From Fibrobacter sp. (GTDB lineage Bacteria; Fibrobacterota; Fibrobacteria; Fibrobacterales; Fibrobacteraceae), in the NCBI RefSeq assembly GCF_017642335.1, contig NZ_JAGCPF010000038.1: a stretch of DNA of 64,000 nt; one strand, written 5' to 3'. How positions within the stretch are numbered: position 1 is the first letter of the stretch; each line of letters begins with the position of its first letter. Below the pieces are notes generated by a model, which worked only from the letters and a program-made list of their open reading frames with translations, had not been told where the DNA came from and ran no database searches. Positions 26,439 through 36,199 of this stretch are shown piece by piece. The position numbers and the translations under genes are program-made.

Positions 26439-27646
26439 TTCTCACGGAAATTACTGTTCAACATAGGAATAGCGCCGTATCGTCCCAAAATATATCCCTT
26501 CTTGATGTTTTCATCCTTGCGAACATTCTTAAGTTCCGCAAGCGAATACAAATCCGTTGATCGCGTCTTTGGATTAAGTTCGGTAAACCAAATCTGATCA
26601 CGACGCACCTCGTTCAAGTCTAATAAATCGGAATCATGAGTTGCGGTAATAAGCTGGCTGCTAGAATCCCTATTTTGACAAAAACGTTTGATTATTTCAG
26701 CAACTATCGAGGGGTGCAAATGCGCTTCAATCTCATCACAAACAAGCACTCTATTATTTGTTAGTACATCCATCATTGGGCATATGAATTGGAATAATTT
26801 TTTGACACCCGAAGATTCCTCTCTATAATCCACCTCAAAATTTTTGTACACCAACTTCAACTCATACCCAATTGTATTCTGCATCATTTGCGGAGTCGTT
26901 GTTATTGAAACAGCATCATCAACTAAAATTTGCTGTCCATCTTTAATTTTTATATCAACTAAATCGCACCCTATACTTCTCATAAATCTGAGAAATTTTG
27001 CCTTCATCTGGGGACTATTCTTAAGCTGGTGCATGGAATAATTAAACAAGGATTCACTTTCTCTAAAAAACAAAAGATTTTCCAAAAAGAACATAAAAGC
27101 CGCAGAAACTTGAGGAATGTCGGTCTCGTTGGCAGCACATGAGAGGAGCAACTTATTTGGTTTTATACGCCCCTTACAATTATCACCCGCCTTCTTGAAG
27201 GAATCGGCAAATTGATAGTCCATAAATGACGTTCTCTCGAAAATCACGGCCCTCTTCACTCCTGGCCAATAATGAAGATATTCATCCACGATGCCATCTT
27301 CGTTATAACTAAACCCATAAGAATACTTCACACCATTCTTTTCAAAAATTACCGCAAATAAGGTCGGTTCCTTCTTCTTTGAAAGTTTATGCGGATACCT
27401 CAAAATCGGAAAGCCCGGTTGGACGGTATTACTAGTCAGCACAATTCTATACATAAGCAACAGGGCGTCCAGCAGAGACGTCTTACCAGATCCATTCGCT
27501 CCATACACTTCAGCCACTCGCAAATAACGTCCTTTACCAAAAGATATGAGAGAACCTTTGATGCTATCATCTTTAGATGCAGCCATGGAAAAAACGACTG
27601 GTTCCTTAATGGAACGATAATTTGAACAGGTAAACTGAATGAGCAT
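26435..27646 (-). CDS. AAA_21 (ABC-type) ATPase, abortive-infection type
   Basis: YGANGSGKT, ESSGVKK signature, CDEIEAHLHP, ATHD, GRYGAIP. Confidence 0.85.
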   Translation of the reverse strand: MLIQFTCSNYRSIKEPVVFSMAASKDDSIKGSLISFGKGRYLRVAEVYGANGSGKTSLLDALLLMYRIVLTSNTVQPGFPILRYPHKLSKKKEPTLFAVIFEKNGVKYSYGFSYNEDGIVDEYLHYWPGVKRAVIFERTSFMDYQFADSFKKAGDNCKGRIKPNKLLLSCAANETDIPQVSAAFMFFLENLLFFRESESLFNYSMHQLKNSPQMKAKFLRFMRSIGCDLVDIKIKDGQQILVDDAVSITTTPQMMQNTIGYELKLVYKNFEVDYREESSGVKKLFQFICPMMDVLTNNRVLVCDEIEAHLHPSIVAEIIKRFCQNRDSSSQLITATHDSDLLDLNEVRRDQIWFTELNPKTRSTDLYSLAELKNVRKDENIKKGYILGRYGAIPMLNSNFREK

Positions 27647-27791
27647 AATTCGCCTTCTGTGTTTTGTTTCCAAGGGAAAATATAGCCTATTTTTTGCAAA
27701 ATAGCAAATATTTTTATCATTTTTGCAGATTTTTCACAAAAACCAGCATTATTTTCCAAAGTTTTAAACTAATCAACAACATATAACGCCC

Positions 27792-27876
27792 ATTATAAGG
27801 GACCTGCCGGAGCAGCGAAAAATGCGCGTTTTTCGCGCAATTTTTTTGAATCGGCTTCTCGGCTGTCCCTTATAAT
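27792..27876. mobile_element. 85-bp MITE-like element with terminal inverted repeats
   Basis: attataagggac / gtcccttataat perfect 12-bp TIR extending imperfectly to ~23 bp; inner gcgaaaaa/tttttcgc palindrome; right 69 bp repeated at 30682-30750. Confidence 0.5.
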
Positions 27877-27906
27877 CTATATTGCTTACATACAATGACC
27901 GCCATT
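27877..27906 (+). pseudogene. wzt stub A: promoter box plus first ~4 codons (ATGACCGCCATT)
   Basis: Upstream 69 bp match stub B at 67/69; MTAI matches the wzt start; sequence then runs into REP-like DNA. Confidence 0.55.
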
Positions 27907-28014
27907 GTCATTGCGCAAGCGCCATGACCTGCCGGTTACGAAATATCGAAACATGGATGTTTCGCTGCTTCGCAACCTAGTATGTCATTGCGAGGCCGAA
28001 GGCCGTGGCGATCT
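27904..28014. repeat. REP-like palindromes of the GTCATTGCGAG...GCAATCT family
   Basis: gtcattgcgaggccgaaggccgtggcgatct at 27984-28014 and a partial gtcattgcg at 27907. Confidence 0.7.
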
Positions 28015-28063
28015 TGGATGGTTTAGAAAAACTCCATGAAGCGCTATTGCAGCTGCATGACCA

Positions 28064-28759
28064 TCATTGATTACTAAACAATAAATGGATGTTACTATGG
28101 CGATGTAACGAATTGGTTGATTCCATGATAAAATTCCAGGAATCCTTATAATCCATCTTCACTGCAAATTCGGAACTGCTTATAAAAGCGAGAAAGTCAG
28201 AAAGACGCCCCGCATACATTTCATCGAACTTATTTGACAAATCCTTCTTTTCTGCATCAGACAAACTTTCGGCCTTGTTATGCAAGACGTGCTCCAAGTT
28301 TCGAGACAGGTAATAAATCTCGTACGGAATTCCGTTGTAAATTTGCGGAGTTGAGAATAATCTTTTCACCACGGCCGTCTTTCGAGCGTTTCGTTGCCTA
28401 ATTCCATCAGGATTTGATGTTATGATTTTTTCATCCATGTAACAGATCTGCTCGTCGCCACTCTTTTTTTCTATACAGCTTTCAGGAATAAATGCACCAT
28501 CTGTATCTATAAGGTGCACAATCTTCTGGATGTCGTTCTTCTTTAATTTTGTTGAGTTAAGAAACCTATCGATGGGTTGCTTGAGTTTTGACAAAATAGT
28601 TGATGGCGAGGAAAAATCCTGCGTGGTAATATCGCAACGAAGGACATAAACCCTCACCTCATTGTTTTCAAAAAACGATTCCCACAATCCTTCAAAAGAA
28701 ATTTCGTCAGAGATTCCTTCAACCAAAAACAGCAGAACCTTTTTCTTGACACTAGCCAT
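28064..28759 (-). CDS. TOPRIM-like protein partnered with an ABC ATPase
   Basis: LFLVEGISDE and LIDTDG (E...DxD) TOPRIM-type motifs; overlaps the ATPase stop. Confidence 0.6.
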   Translation of the reverse strand: MASVKKKVLLFLVEGISDEISFEGLWESFFENNEVRVYVLRCDITTQDFSSPSTILSKLKQPIDRFLNSTKLKKNDIQKIVHLIDTDGAFIPESCIEKKSGDEQICYMDEKIITSNPDGIRQRNARKTAVVKRLFSTPQIYNGIPYEIYYLSRNLEHVLHNKAESLSDAEKKDLSNKFDEMYAGRLSDFLAFISSSEFAVKMDYKDSWNFIMESTNSLHRHSNIHLLFSNQ

Positions 28760-30143
28760 TTTTCACCCCGGAATTTCTCAAGGCACGACGAATAAGGTGG
28801 AATTTTGTTTCCGTAGCCAGGATTTCATCCTGTCCGCCAATATTCAAGGCACGAATGTAGCAATCTCTGAGATTGTTCGTCGGCCGAATGTTCTTCAAAT
28901 GGATGTACCTATTGTCAGGATTGGTTGTCGTGAAGACAATGTCCTGCTTGTCCAAAATTTCTAGCGGGCGCAGGTTATGCGAAGTGAACACCAGCTGTCC
29001 CTTCCCGCTTTCCATTATAACCTTCAGCAAATCTCCAAGCAGAACTTCGAAAATGCCGGCATCAAGTTCGTCTATCGCAACGCAAACAGATTCATTGTTA
29101 TACATGGCAATAATAAGGTTCAAAATGGATAAGATCTTGCGAACGCCTTCGGATTCATATCTAATCGGGAGACGTTTGTCCTGACGAACAGAAACCAACT
29201 CATATCGGACGCCCATGGAACCATCGTTCAAAAGTTCTCGTCCGTAAACCATCGGCTCAATAGATAAGCCTGGAACCAAAGCGCCAAGGACATCAGCCAT
29301 CGACGCCAATACACTTTCGGTCAAATCAAAGATTTGCTCGTTTACCGTTATGGGCCCCTGCTGTCCAATAGGGATATCACCAATGGCGGTAGCATCCTTA
29401 TGTCGATATTTTACGGATAAAGGTATTACGGCATCCATGCTAATAAGACCAGAATGCGCTCCCGTTATCGTAAAAAGATTAAAGCTTGCGTAACTATTGA
29501 TCGCCTGCACAATCTCGATCATTTCCGCTTCTTCTGAATCTTTCAAGAGCGCAAAGAAATCTGGTGAAAAGAGAAAGGACGATTTTTTATCTTGGGAAAT
29601 CCTCATTGCAACAGACGCCTGAATCTTTTTCTCCTGCCCTTTTACAATGCTATCATAACGAGACTTCGGAGTAAAATTTGGCTTATCCTCGAAATCCAAT
29701 TCGTATGAGAATAAATTCGTCATTCGCCCGGGGAATTTTCCCGAATCTTCCGTCGCAACAGAAAGTTTCTCCGCAGCAAAGGCGCACCCCACCTTGTAAG
29801 TGACTTTCTTTGCTATGGTGCCTGAATAAAGAACATGATAGGATTTTCCATCCTCGAACTTTATTAAAAATTTTATAGATATGGTCACCTTGTTGCTATC
29901 AAGATTTATGCACTTTTCCATGTCGGTCCACAAGGGCTGCCCCATAGCAATTTGCTTGAATAGACCTAGCGCCTGGATTACGGTAGTCTTGCCGGATCCA
30001 TTTTGCCCATAGAGGCCAACAACTGACGACTGATCAAAAGCTGTTGCAGACAAAACATCTTGTTGAAAGTCGAAACATCCATGTTGGACATTCTTTAAAT
30101 GCTCTATAGAAAGGGACAGTATGCGAATTTTGCTATTTTTCAT
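28752..30143 (-). CDS. AAA_21 (ABC-type) ATPase
   Basis: YGQNGSGKT, ESEGVRK, IDELDAGI, FTSHN. Confidence 0.85.
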   Translation of the reverse strand: MKNSKIRILSLSIEHLKNVQHGCFDFQQDVLSATAFDQSSVVGLYGQNGSGKTTVIQALGLFKQIAMGQPLWTDMEKCINLDSNKVTISIKFLIKFEDGKSYHVLYSGTIAKKVTYKVGCAFAAEKLSVATEDSGKFPGRMTNLFSYELDFEDKPNFTPKSRYDSIVKGQEKKIQASVAMRISQDKKSSFLFSPDFFALLKDSEEAEMIEIVQAINSYASFNLFTITGAHSGLISMDAVIPLSVKYRHKDATAIGDIPIGQQGPITVNEQIFDLTESVLASMADVLGALVPGLSIEPMVYGRELLNDGSMGVRYELVSVRQDKRLPIRYESEGVRKILSILNLIIAMYNNESVCVAIDELDAGIFEVLLGDLLKVIMESGKGQLVFTSHNLRPLEILDKQDIVFTTTNPDNRYIHLKNIRPTNNLRDCYIRALNIGGQDEILATETKFHLIRRALRNSGVKNG

Positions 30144-30224
30144 AAAAAATTACCATTTGCGTGATAAATATACAAAATTGTCAATAGGAGTGTGAGATTT
30201 TGTAATAAAAAATACATTTTTTTA

Positions 30225-30563
30225 CTACTTGACCCAACGGTACTTTCTGGTAAATGCCTCCTTTTTCGTTTCATAATGGCGATACTGGTCATCTATTATG
30301 GCGGCTTTTAGTAGCCATCCAGCGCTTTTTGCTGTCATCTTGAACGCGTCACTCCGACCTCGATAGGACTCGAACAGGTCTTGCAACGGCGTTCCGTTCC
30401 AGTCAAAGTTTTCTCCGCCCATCAAATCCCGTAAAGAAAACCACTCGCCAGCTACGACTTTATCGTAACAACGGATGGCTCCTTGAAGAAAATCCTTGAT
30501 TTCTTCAGCTTTTTCCTTGGAAATGGAACGGACAGATCTGATTTTATTTTCTTGAGTAAGCAT
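30225..30563 (-). CDS. Hypothetical protein (112 aa)
   Basis: Clean ORF with AGGAG upstream; no family recognised. Confidence 0.6.
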   Translation of the reverse strand: MLTQENKIRSVRSISKEKAEEIKDFLQGAIRCYDKVVAGEWFSLRDLMGGENFDWNGTPLQDLFESYRGRSDAFKMTAKSAGWLLKAAIIDDQYRHYETKKEAFTRKYRWVK

Positions 30564-30757
30564 AATTGCTCCTTTTTTAATGTTTTATTGAGAAAAAGAG
30601 GTAGTTTCGGCAAAAAGTTTCTATTTACATAATAGTAGGGTTTTAACTGCCTTCTATGGCTGGCTGGGCTGCTAGAATATCAAAAATGCGCGTTTTTCGC
30701 ACATTTTTTTTGAATCGGCTTCTCGGCTGTCCCTTATAATCTATATTGCTCAATAGA

Positions 30758-31251
30758 ATGACAACCGCCATCGAGTTCGAGAACATCAGCAAGCAGTACC
30801 GTCTGGGGCTAGTGAGCACCGGGACGCTTAGCCACGACCTGAACAGGTTCTGGCAGACCAAGGTGCTGCGCCGTGAGGACCCCTACCTCAAGGTGGGCGA
30901 AGTCAACGACCGCGCGCACAAGGGCGACAGCGAATACGTGTGGGCCCTGAAAGACATCAATTTTAAAGTGGAACAGGGCGACGTCGTGGGAATCATCGGC
31001 AGGAACGGCGCCGGCAAGAGCACGCTCCTCAAGCTGCTGAGCCGCGTGACCGCCCCCACCACCGGCACCATCCGCGCACGGGGCCGCATCGCGAGCCTCC
31101 TCGAAGTGGGCACCGGATTCCACCCGGAGATGACCGGCCGCGAGAACATCTACATGAACGGCGCCATCATGGGCATGAGCCGCGCCGAGATTACCCGCAA
31201 GCTCGACGAGATCGTGGACTTCAGTGGCTGCGAACGCTACCTGGACACCCC
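30758..31251 (+). pseudogene. wzt stub B: 5' ~165 codons of the ABC ATPase, truncated at YLDTP just before the signature motif
   Basis: Near-identical to 40460-40950; ORF continues into unrelated AT-rich DNA and stops at 31276. Confidence 0.95.
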
Positions 31252-31308
31252 AAAGAAAAAATATTGTTATTATTAAACTATCTCACTAAAACGTTTTTTA
31301 GGTTAAAA

Positions 31309-32493
31309 ATGTTCTTAAAAGAAATCACACTAGAAAATTTTTTAAGCTATGGCAAGAAAACGACATTGCCGCTTAACAACCTAAACATACTGATCGGCAC
31401 GAACGCTTCAGGAAAAACAAACCTTATCGAAGCAATCGATTTTCTTCATCACGCACCAACAGACCTTCTGAAACCAATCAGTGGTGGTGGTGGCATATTT
31501 GACTGGCTATGGAAAGGCGATTTGAAAAATCCCAATGTTGAAGCTTCTGTAGAGGCTATTTTTTCAAAATCAGACAAAAAAAACATAAGACATGCAATCA
31601 AATTCAGTGCAGTTGCACAGCGTTTTCAAATAATAGATGAACGTATTGAAGAAGCTGAGCCGCAAGAAGGTCATCAAGAGCCTTACTTCTACTATCACTT
31701 CAACAATGGAAGGCCATACCTAAATGTTCTTACCGATGAAGAATCAGGCAAAGTCAAACGCAGATCCTTACAATCCGAAGACATCCTACTAGACAAGTCT
31801 ATTCTTTCCCAAAGAAAGGACTCTGACGTTTATCCCGAAATAACATGGTTAGGAAAACAATTAGATAATATCGGCATTTATCGAGATTGGAGTTTTGGAC
31901 GTTACACTCCTGCTCGACTTCCGCAAAAAACAGATTTGCCAAACAAATATCTTGAAAACGATTGTTCAAACTTAAGTTTAGTACTAAACCATTTAGAATT
32001 ATTCAATAAATCAAAAAAAATCATTCAAGAAGCTCTTTCTAAAATTGTTCCTGGAATTGAAGACTTTCACATCAATATTGAATCTGGCTCAGCACAATTA
32101 TTCGTAATCGAGAATGGAATGCGCATACCCGCAACTCGGTTGTCGGAAGGCCTTATGCGCTATATATGTCTACTTGCCATATTGTGCAATCCAGAACCGC
32201 AACAGCTTATTTGCATCGAAGAACCTGAATTAGGGATGCACCCAGACATGCTCACTGTTCTTGCGGATTTGATTCGCGCAGCTTCACAAGAAACACAAAT
32301 TATTATAACAACACATTCATCCATGCTGGTTGATTATTTCACAGACTCTCCAGAAGCCATTATTGTTGCGGAAAAAGAAGAAAACGGGACTTCGTTGAAG
32401 CATCTTGAGATTGATAAACTTAAACCTTGGCTCGAGAAATACCGCCTAGGTCAACTGTGGCTACAAGGCGACATTGGAGGCACAAGATGGTAA
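31309..32493 (+). CDS. AAA_21 (ABC-type) ATPase
   Basis: GTNASGKT, LSEGLMR, IEEPELGMHP, TTHS; start at MFLKE. Confidence 0.85.
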   Translation: MFLKEITLENFLSYGKKTTLPLNNLNILIGTNASGKTNLIEAIDFLHHAPTDLLKPISGGGGIFDWLWKGDLKNPNVEASVEAIFSKSDKKNIRHAIKFSAVAQRFQIIDERIEEAEPQEGHQEPYFYYHFNNGRPYLNVLTDEESGKVKRRSLQSEDILLDKSILSQRKDSDVYPEITWLGKQLDNIGIYRDWSFGRYTPARLPQKTDLPNKYLENDCSNLSLVLNHLELFNKSKKIIQEALSKIVPGIEDFHINIESGSAQLFVIENGMRIPATRLSEGLMRYICLLAILCNPEPQQLICIEEPELGMHPDMLTVLADLIRAASQETQIIITTHSSMLVDYFTDSPEAIIVAEKEENGTSLKHLEIDKLKPWLEKYRLGQLWLQGDIGGTRW

Positions 32494-33113
32494 AAACAGA
32501 TAGAAAACTCTTTGTTGAAGGCGGAGGAGATTCCGAATCGCTTCATACCGAATGTCGCAAAGGATTTCGTACCTTTTTAGAAAGAGCTGGATTAAAAGGT
32601 AAAATGCCACGAATCGTCTCTTGTGGAGGAAGGCGACAAGCAGTTGATAAGTTTTTGCACTCTATCAATATGGGTGAAGACGCCTTTTTGCTAATCGATA
32701 GCGAAGGAAAAGTCTCGGAAGAGTTAATATCGACAGAATTTTTGAGTCAAGAATTTAAGGAATTTGAAGGGAAACAAGGTTTAAGTGACAAATGCCATTT
32801 AATGGTAGAATGCATGGAAGCTTGGTTTCTTGCGGACACAGAGGCTCTGGGAAAATACTTTAATCCAGGTTTTGACCAAAATAAGTTGCCCAAACACCAA
32901 TCAATAGAGTCTATTTCAAAAGAAAACCTATACAAAAGTCTAAAGGAATGCACTAAATTAACCAAGACAAAAGGTGAATACAGCAAAGGTCAACATTCTT
33001 TCAAAATATTGGCCTTGATTAACCCGCAATTAGTGTCCGAAGCCTCACCATGGGCGAAAAAATTCATTGACAGTTTGAAAGGTGGCGTGGCAATCCAGAC
33101 GCAAGGGCGTTGA
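32487..33113 (+). CDS. DUF4276-like (TOPRIM-related) protein
   Basis: LFVEGGGD, LIDSEG, ECMEAWFLAD, YSKGQHS; overlaps the ATPase. Confidence 0.75.
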   Translation: MVKTDRKLFVEGGGDSESLHTECRKGFRTFLERAGLKGKMPRIVSCGGRRQAVDKFLHSINMGEDAFLLIDSEGKVSEELISTEFLSQEFKEFEGKQGLSDKCHLMVECMEAWFLADTEALGKYFNPGFDQNKLPKHQSIESISKENLYKSLKECTKLTKTKGEYSKGQHSFKILALINPQLVSEASPWAKKFIDSLKGGVAIQTQGR

Positions 33114-33147
33114 TTGAAAAAGTTATGATCGCAATCAAGTTCGAGAA

Positions 33148-34164
33148 ATGGTTCAAGAAAAAGACAAAAATCCCATCGTTTTCTTTTCATGGCAATCAGA
33201 CTTAGATGCAAAAACCAATCGCAACATCATTGGTGATTGTATAAAAGATATTTGCAAAAAGAATAACCTTTTATATGACGAGGCTACGAAAGACCGGTGC
33301 GGCAGTCCCGACATCGCGAGATCTATAGAAGAGAAAATTCGATTGGCAGACATATTTGTTGCAGATGTAACTGTGATAAATGCCGAAAGTCAATCGAAAC
33401 CAACCCCAAATCCCAATGTTCTTTTTGAACTGGGAATTGCCCAAGCAATACTCGGCTGGGAAAGAATAATCCTTATTGTTAACACTGCCTATGTTGCAAT
33501 TGAATCTCTGCCATTTGACATAGACAAACACAGAGCTATTCCTTATTCGCTTGCCCCACAATGCGCTCAAAAATTAAGCAACAAACAAAGAATGAATCTT
33601 TTATACGATACCCTTAAAAAGGGAATTCTTTCAATAATAAAAGCAAACCCTCTAAAGGAAATTTTAAAAAGAAATCGCACAAAACAAATACAATACAACA
33701 AAGACTATGAAAAACTTGAGAATCTTTTAGACTATTTTTTCTTTGATTCTATACAGGAATTTTGCGAGAACGGCCCCAAAGATGTCGATAAATACATGCT
33801 TCTTTTTCAAAAGCATCTCGCCATAGAAGTAAAGAATCCATCATTCATTTTTTATGACAAAGAACTCGAAGCATTAATAAAGGACATTCATAGTACACTA
33901 AACAAGAGCATCCCTTCAAGCGCTCCATATCGTCCCAATTCTGACCGAACAAGCTTGACATGGGAAATCCCTTTTGACGTTCCCCCGTCAAAAGACGAAG
34001 AAAAATTATTTCATTCAGCAGTATCCGCTTGCAGAAAATTAGAAAAATTAATAAGACGCCTCGCTCACATAGTTCATGAAAGATATCCAGGAATTGATCT
34101 TGATGTTAAAAGTGGAATGAACAGCACAGATTTTTTTAAAGAAGTTTTTTCGCAGTCCGGATGA
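33148..34164 (+). CDS. TIR-like / nucleoside-deoxyribosyltransferase-like nucleotide-binding protein
   Basis: VFFSWQSD, ADIFVADVT, NPNVLFELGIA, LPFDI. Confidence 0.65.
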   Translation: MVQEKDKNPIVFFSWQSDLDAKTNRNIIGDCIKDICKKNNLLYDEATKDRCGSPDIARSIEEKIRLADIFVADVTVINAESQSKPTPNPNVLFELGIAQAILGWERIILIVNTAYVAIESLPFDIDKHRAIPYSLAPQCAQKLSNKQRMNLLYDTLKKGILSIIKANPLKEILKRNRTKQIQYNKDYEKLENLLDYFFFDSIQEFCENGPKDVDKYMLLFQKHLAIEVKNPSFIFYDKELEALIKDIHSTLNKSIPSSAPYRPNSDRTSLTWEIPFDVPPSKDEEKLFHSAVSACRKLEKLIRRLAHIVHERYPGIDLDVKSGMNSTDFFKEVFSQSG

Positions 34165-34304
34165 TTCACAACATTATTCCTAAGGATTGCTGGGGGTTCA
34201 GTTCTGATGAAATTTTACAATCTCTATTAGAGAAAAATCCCGATTATCGGAAACTAAACGACGAAGATACTCTGTTTGAATTGATTGACGAAAAGAGTGT
34301 TTAA
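34161..34304 (+). CDS. Small 47-aa ORF (MIHNIIPKDCWGFSS...), below the ORF-track cutoff
   Basis: ATGA overlap with the upstream stop; followed by a terminator. Confidence 0.4.
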   Translation: MIHNIIPKDCWGFSSDEILQSLLEKNPDYRKLNDEDTLFELIDEKSV

Positions 34305-34316
34305 CTCAAATAAGGA

Positions 34317-34341
34317 AATCGGCAGGCTTGGCCTGCCGATT
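34317..34341. terminator. Intrinsic terminator between convergent genes
   Basis: aatcggcagg / cctgccgatt stem, T run downstream. Confidence 0.7.
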
Positions 34342-34356
34342 AGTTTTTGTAGTTTC

Positions 34357-34614
34357 TTACTCCTTATTAATTTTTTCACATTCTCTACACTCGTCTGGCA
34401 AGGAGTCAAATACCTCATGTACCAAGGAGTGAAGTTTTTCGCGATCTAGTTCAACATCCGCATTCGCGACCACCTTCGCTTCTATTTTTTCAATTCCAGA
34501 AGGAATGTCTTCTAGCATCGCATAGTACGAATCGGGGTGAAAAATACACGGTTTGACCGCATTGCCGTCTTGTAGCACACGAATGGCTACTTTATATAAT
34601 TCAAAGGAATTCAT
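34357..34614 (-). CDS. Hypothetical protein (85 aa)
   Basis: ORF ending at the terminator. Confidence 0.5.
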   Translation of the reverse strand: MNSFELYKVAIRVLQDGNAVKPCIFHPDSYYAMLEDIPSGIEKIEAKVVANADVELDREKLHSLVHEVFDSLPDECRECEKINKE

Positions 34615-35045
34615 AATGAAACTCCTGTATTTAAATTTAACTTACCATCACCACGCGGCAATGGATAAAAAAACGAGGCAAACATTTACAAGCCTCATTT
34701 CTTCTGATCCTTCAATCGATAAGGAACGTTTAATTATTACATCGGAACGTCGATTCGTTCCAGTCATTATAGTTGGTTCAATTTGGGCCTTTTTTCTACC
34801 GATGCCTTAAGGCGTTTGCCGACAGAGCCCGAAAACCAATTTTACTACAAATATACAAAAAAAAGTCAAATGCCAATACAATCTTTTAAGAACCCAATTA
34901 TTCTTTCCGTCTTTAATCTATATTACAGCAATATGCAGAACGGCAAGATAAAGAAAGTTATCCTATTGCTTCTTCAACTGGTTATGGGGAAGCTTACATG
35001 TCCAATTTACACAAGAGACCGTTTTCTGGATGGATTTCCCAATTT

Positions 35046-35936
35046 CTATTTCACCATTGCAAGTACCTGTTCCTTGGTGACGAAGTTCAGTACAGAAAAT
35101 GCAGTCATCTGGTTTCCGAGATCTTTGAGCGATGCGCCCACATGATAAATCACGTCGTCGACGATGACAAAACGGTCATGGACCTCACGCATGTTTTCTA
35201 GGCGGACTGTCGGAAATTCCCGGTTCAAGCGCGCTTCTTCCTCCCTCATTGTGCGAGTGATTCTGGCGGAATAGATTGTTGCGTCCACACCCTGGGCGCG
35301 TTTTGCCATGAGCGAAAGGACCATGTCGTTGGCATACGGATCGATGATGAAGAGTTCCTTTTTTGCCGAACGCACCAGCTGCACGGCGAATTCGTAGCCG
35401 CTCCAGTGCGCATGGGCGGGCAAGAGGCCCTCGCTTGGTGGCAGGTTCGCCTTCACGAAGAAATCCACCTGCCTTTCTAGGTTGATTATGCGGGAATCAA
35501 GGTATTCCAGCCTGTTTTCGTGGGAAACCAGGCGCTGGTTGACGCTGCAACCCCGGAGCAGATGCTCTTTCAGGACTTGGTTCGCCCAGCGGCGAAATTG
35601 TATTCCCCGACAAGTGTTGACGCGAAACCCTACAGAGATAATCATGTCGAGATTATATAGAGTAACCATTCTTTTTACAGATCTTTGGCCCTCCTTTTGA
35701 ACTAGTTCCAAAATGGAACTAGTTGCCTTTTCTTCTAATTCCTGGGTTTCAATGATACTCCTTATATGTTTGGTTATCGCCTGTCGTTGAACATCGAACA
35801 GCTCCGCCATCTGTGCCTGGGTGAGCCAGACGGTCTCGTTCTCTACCCGGACCTCGATGTGGAATTCCCCGCCCTCCGGCTGGTACACGATGATCTCGTT
35901 CTTGTCGGCGACCGGCAACGTCTCTTTTTCGCTCAT
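35046..35936 (-). CDS. RhuM-like DNA-binding protein with a C-terminal PLD-like domain
   Basis: ETVWLTQAQMAELF, YNLDMIISVGFRV, FRRWA; IIDPY and HDRFVIVD. Confidence 0.8.
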   Translation of the reverse strand: MSEKETLPVADKNEIIVYQPEGGEFHIEVRVENETVWLTQAQMAELFDVQRQAITKHIRSIIETQELEEKATSSILELVQKEGQRSVKRMVTLYNLDMIISVGFRVNTCRGIQFRRWANQVLKEHLLRGCSVNQRLVSHENRLEYLDSRIINLERQVDFFVKANLPPSEGLLPAHAHWSGYEFAVQLVRSAKKELFIIDPYANDMVLSLMAKRAQGVDATIYSARITRTMREEEARLNREFPTVRLENMREVHDRFVIVDDVIYHVGASLKDLGNQMTAFSVLNFVTKEQVLAMVK

Positions 35937-36199
35937 TTACGGCTCCTTTGACGCCTTGGGCGTCCGTGACGACGGCTCAGAAATACAAACCATGTAAACA
36001 TGGTTGTGCTTCATTCGCCTTGCACGATTTTCCTGCAAATGGGCTTCTGGTTGCGGGTCTTAATCGGTTCTTGCAAATATGTAATGCACATCCGTGCATT
36101 ATCAAATATAATTCCGCGGGGTGGCGATGTCAATAGGTAGGCGGATTTTTTCTCAATTGTTTTCCAGGTTTTCCCCTAATATCTATATTACTTGATAGT

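Noticed and set aside
1843-35965. Shared 13-mer ccttgggcgtccg at about 1845 and 35955
   Set aside because: Too short, with no extended similarity; compatible with chance
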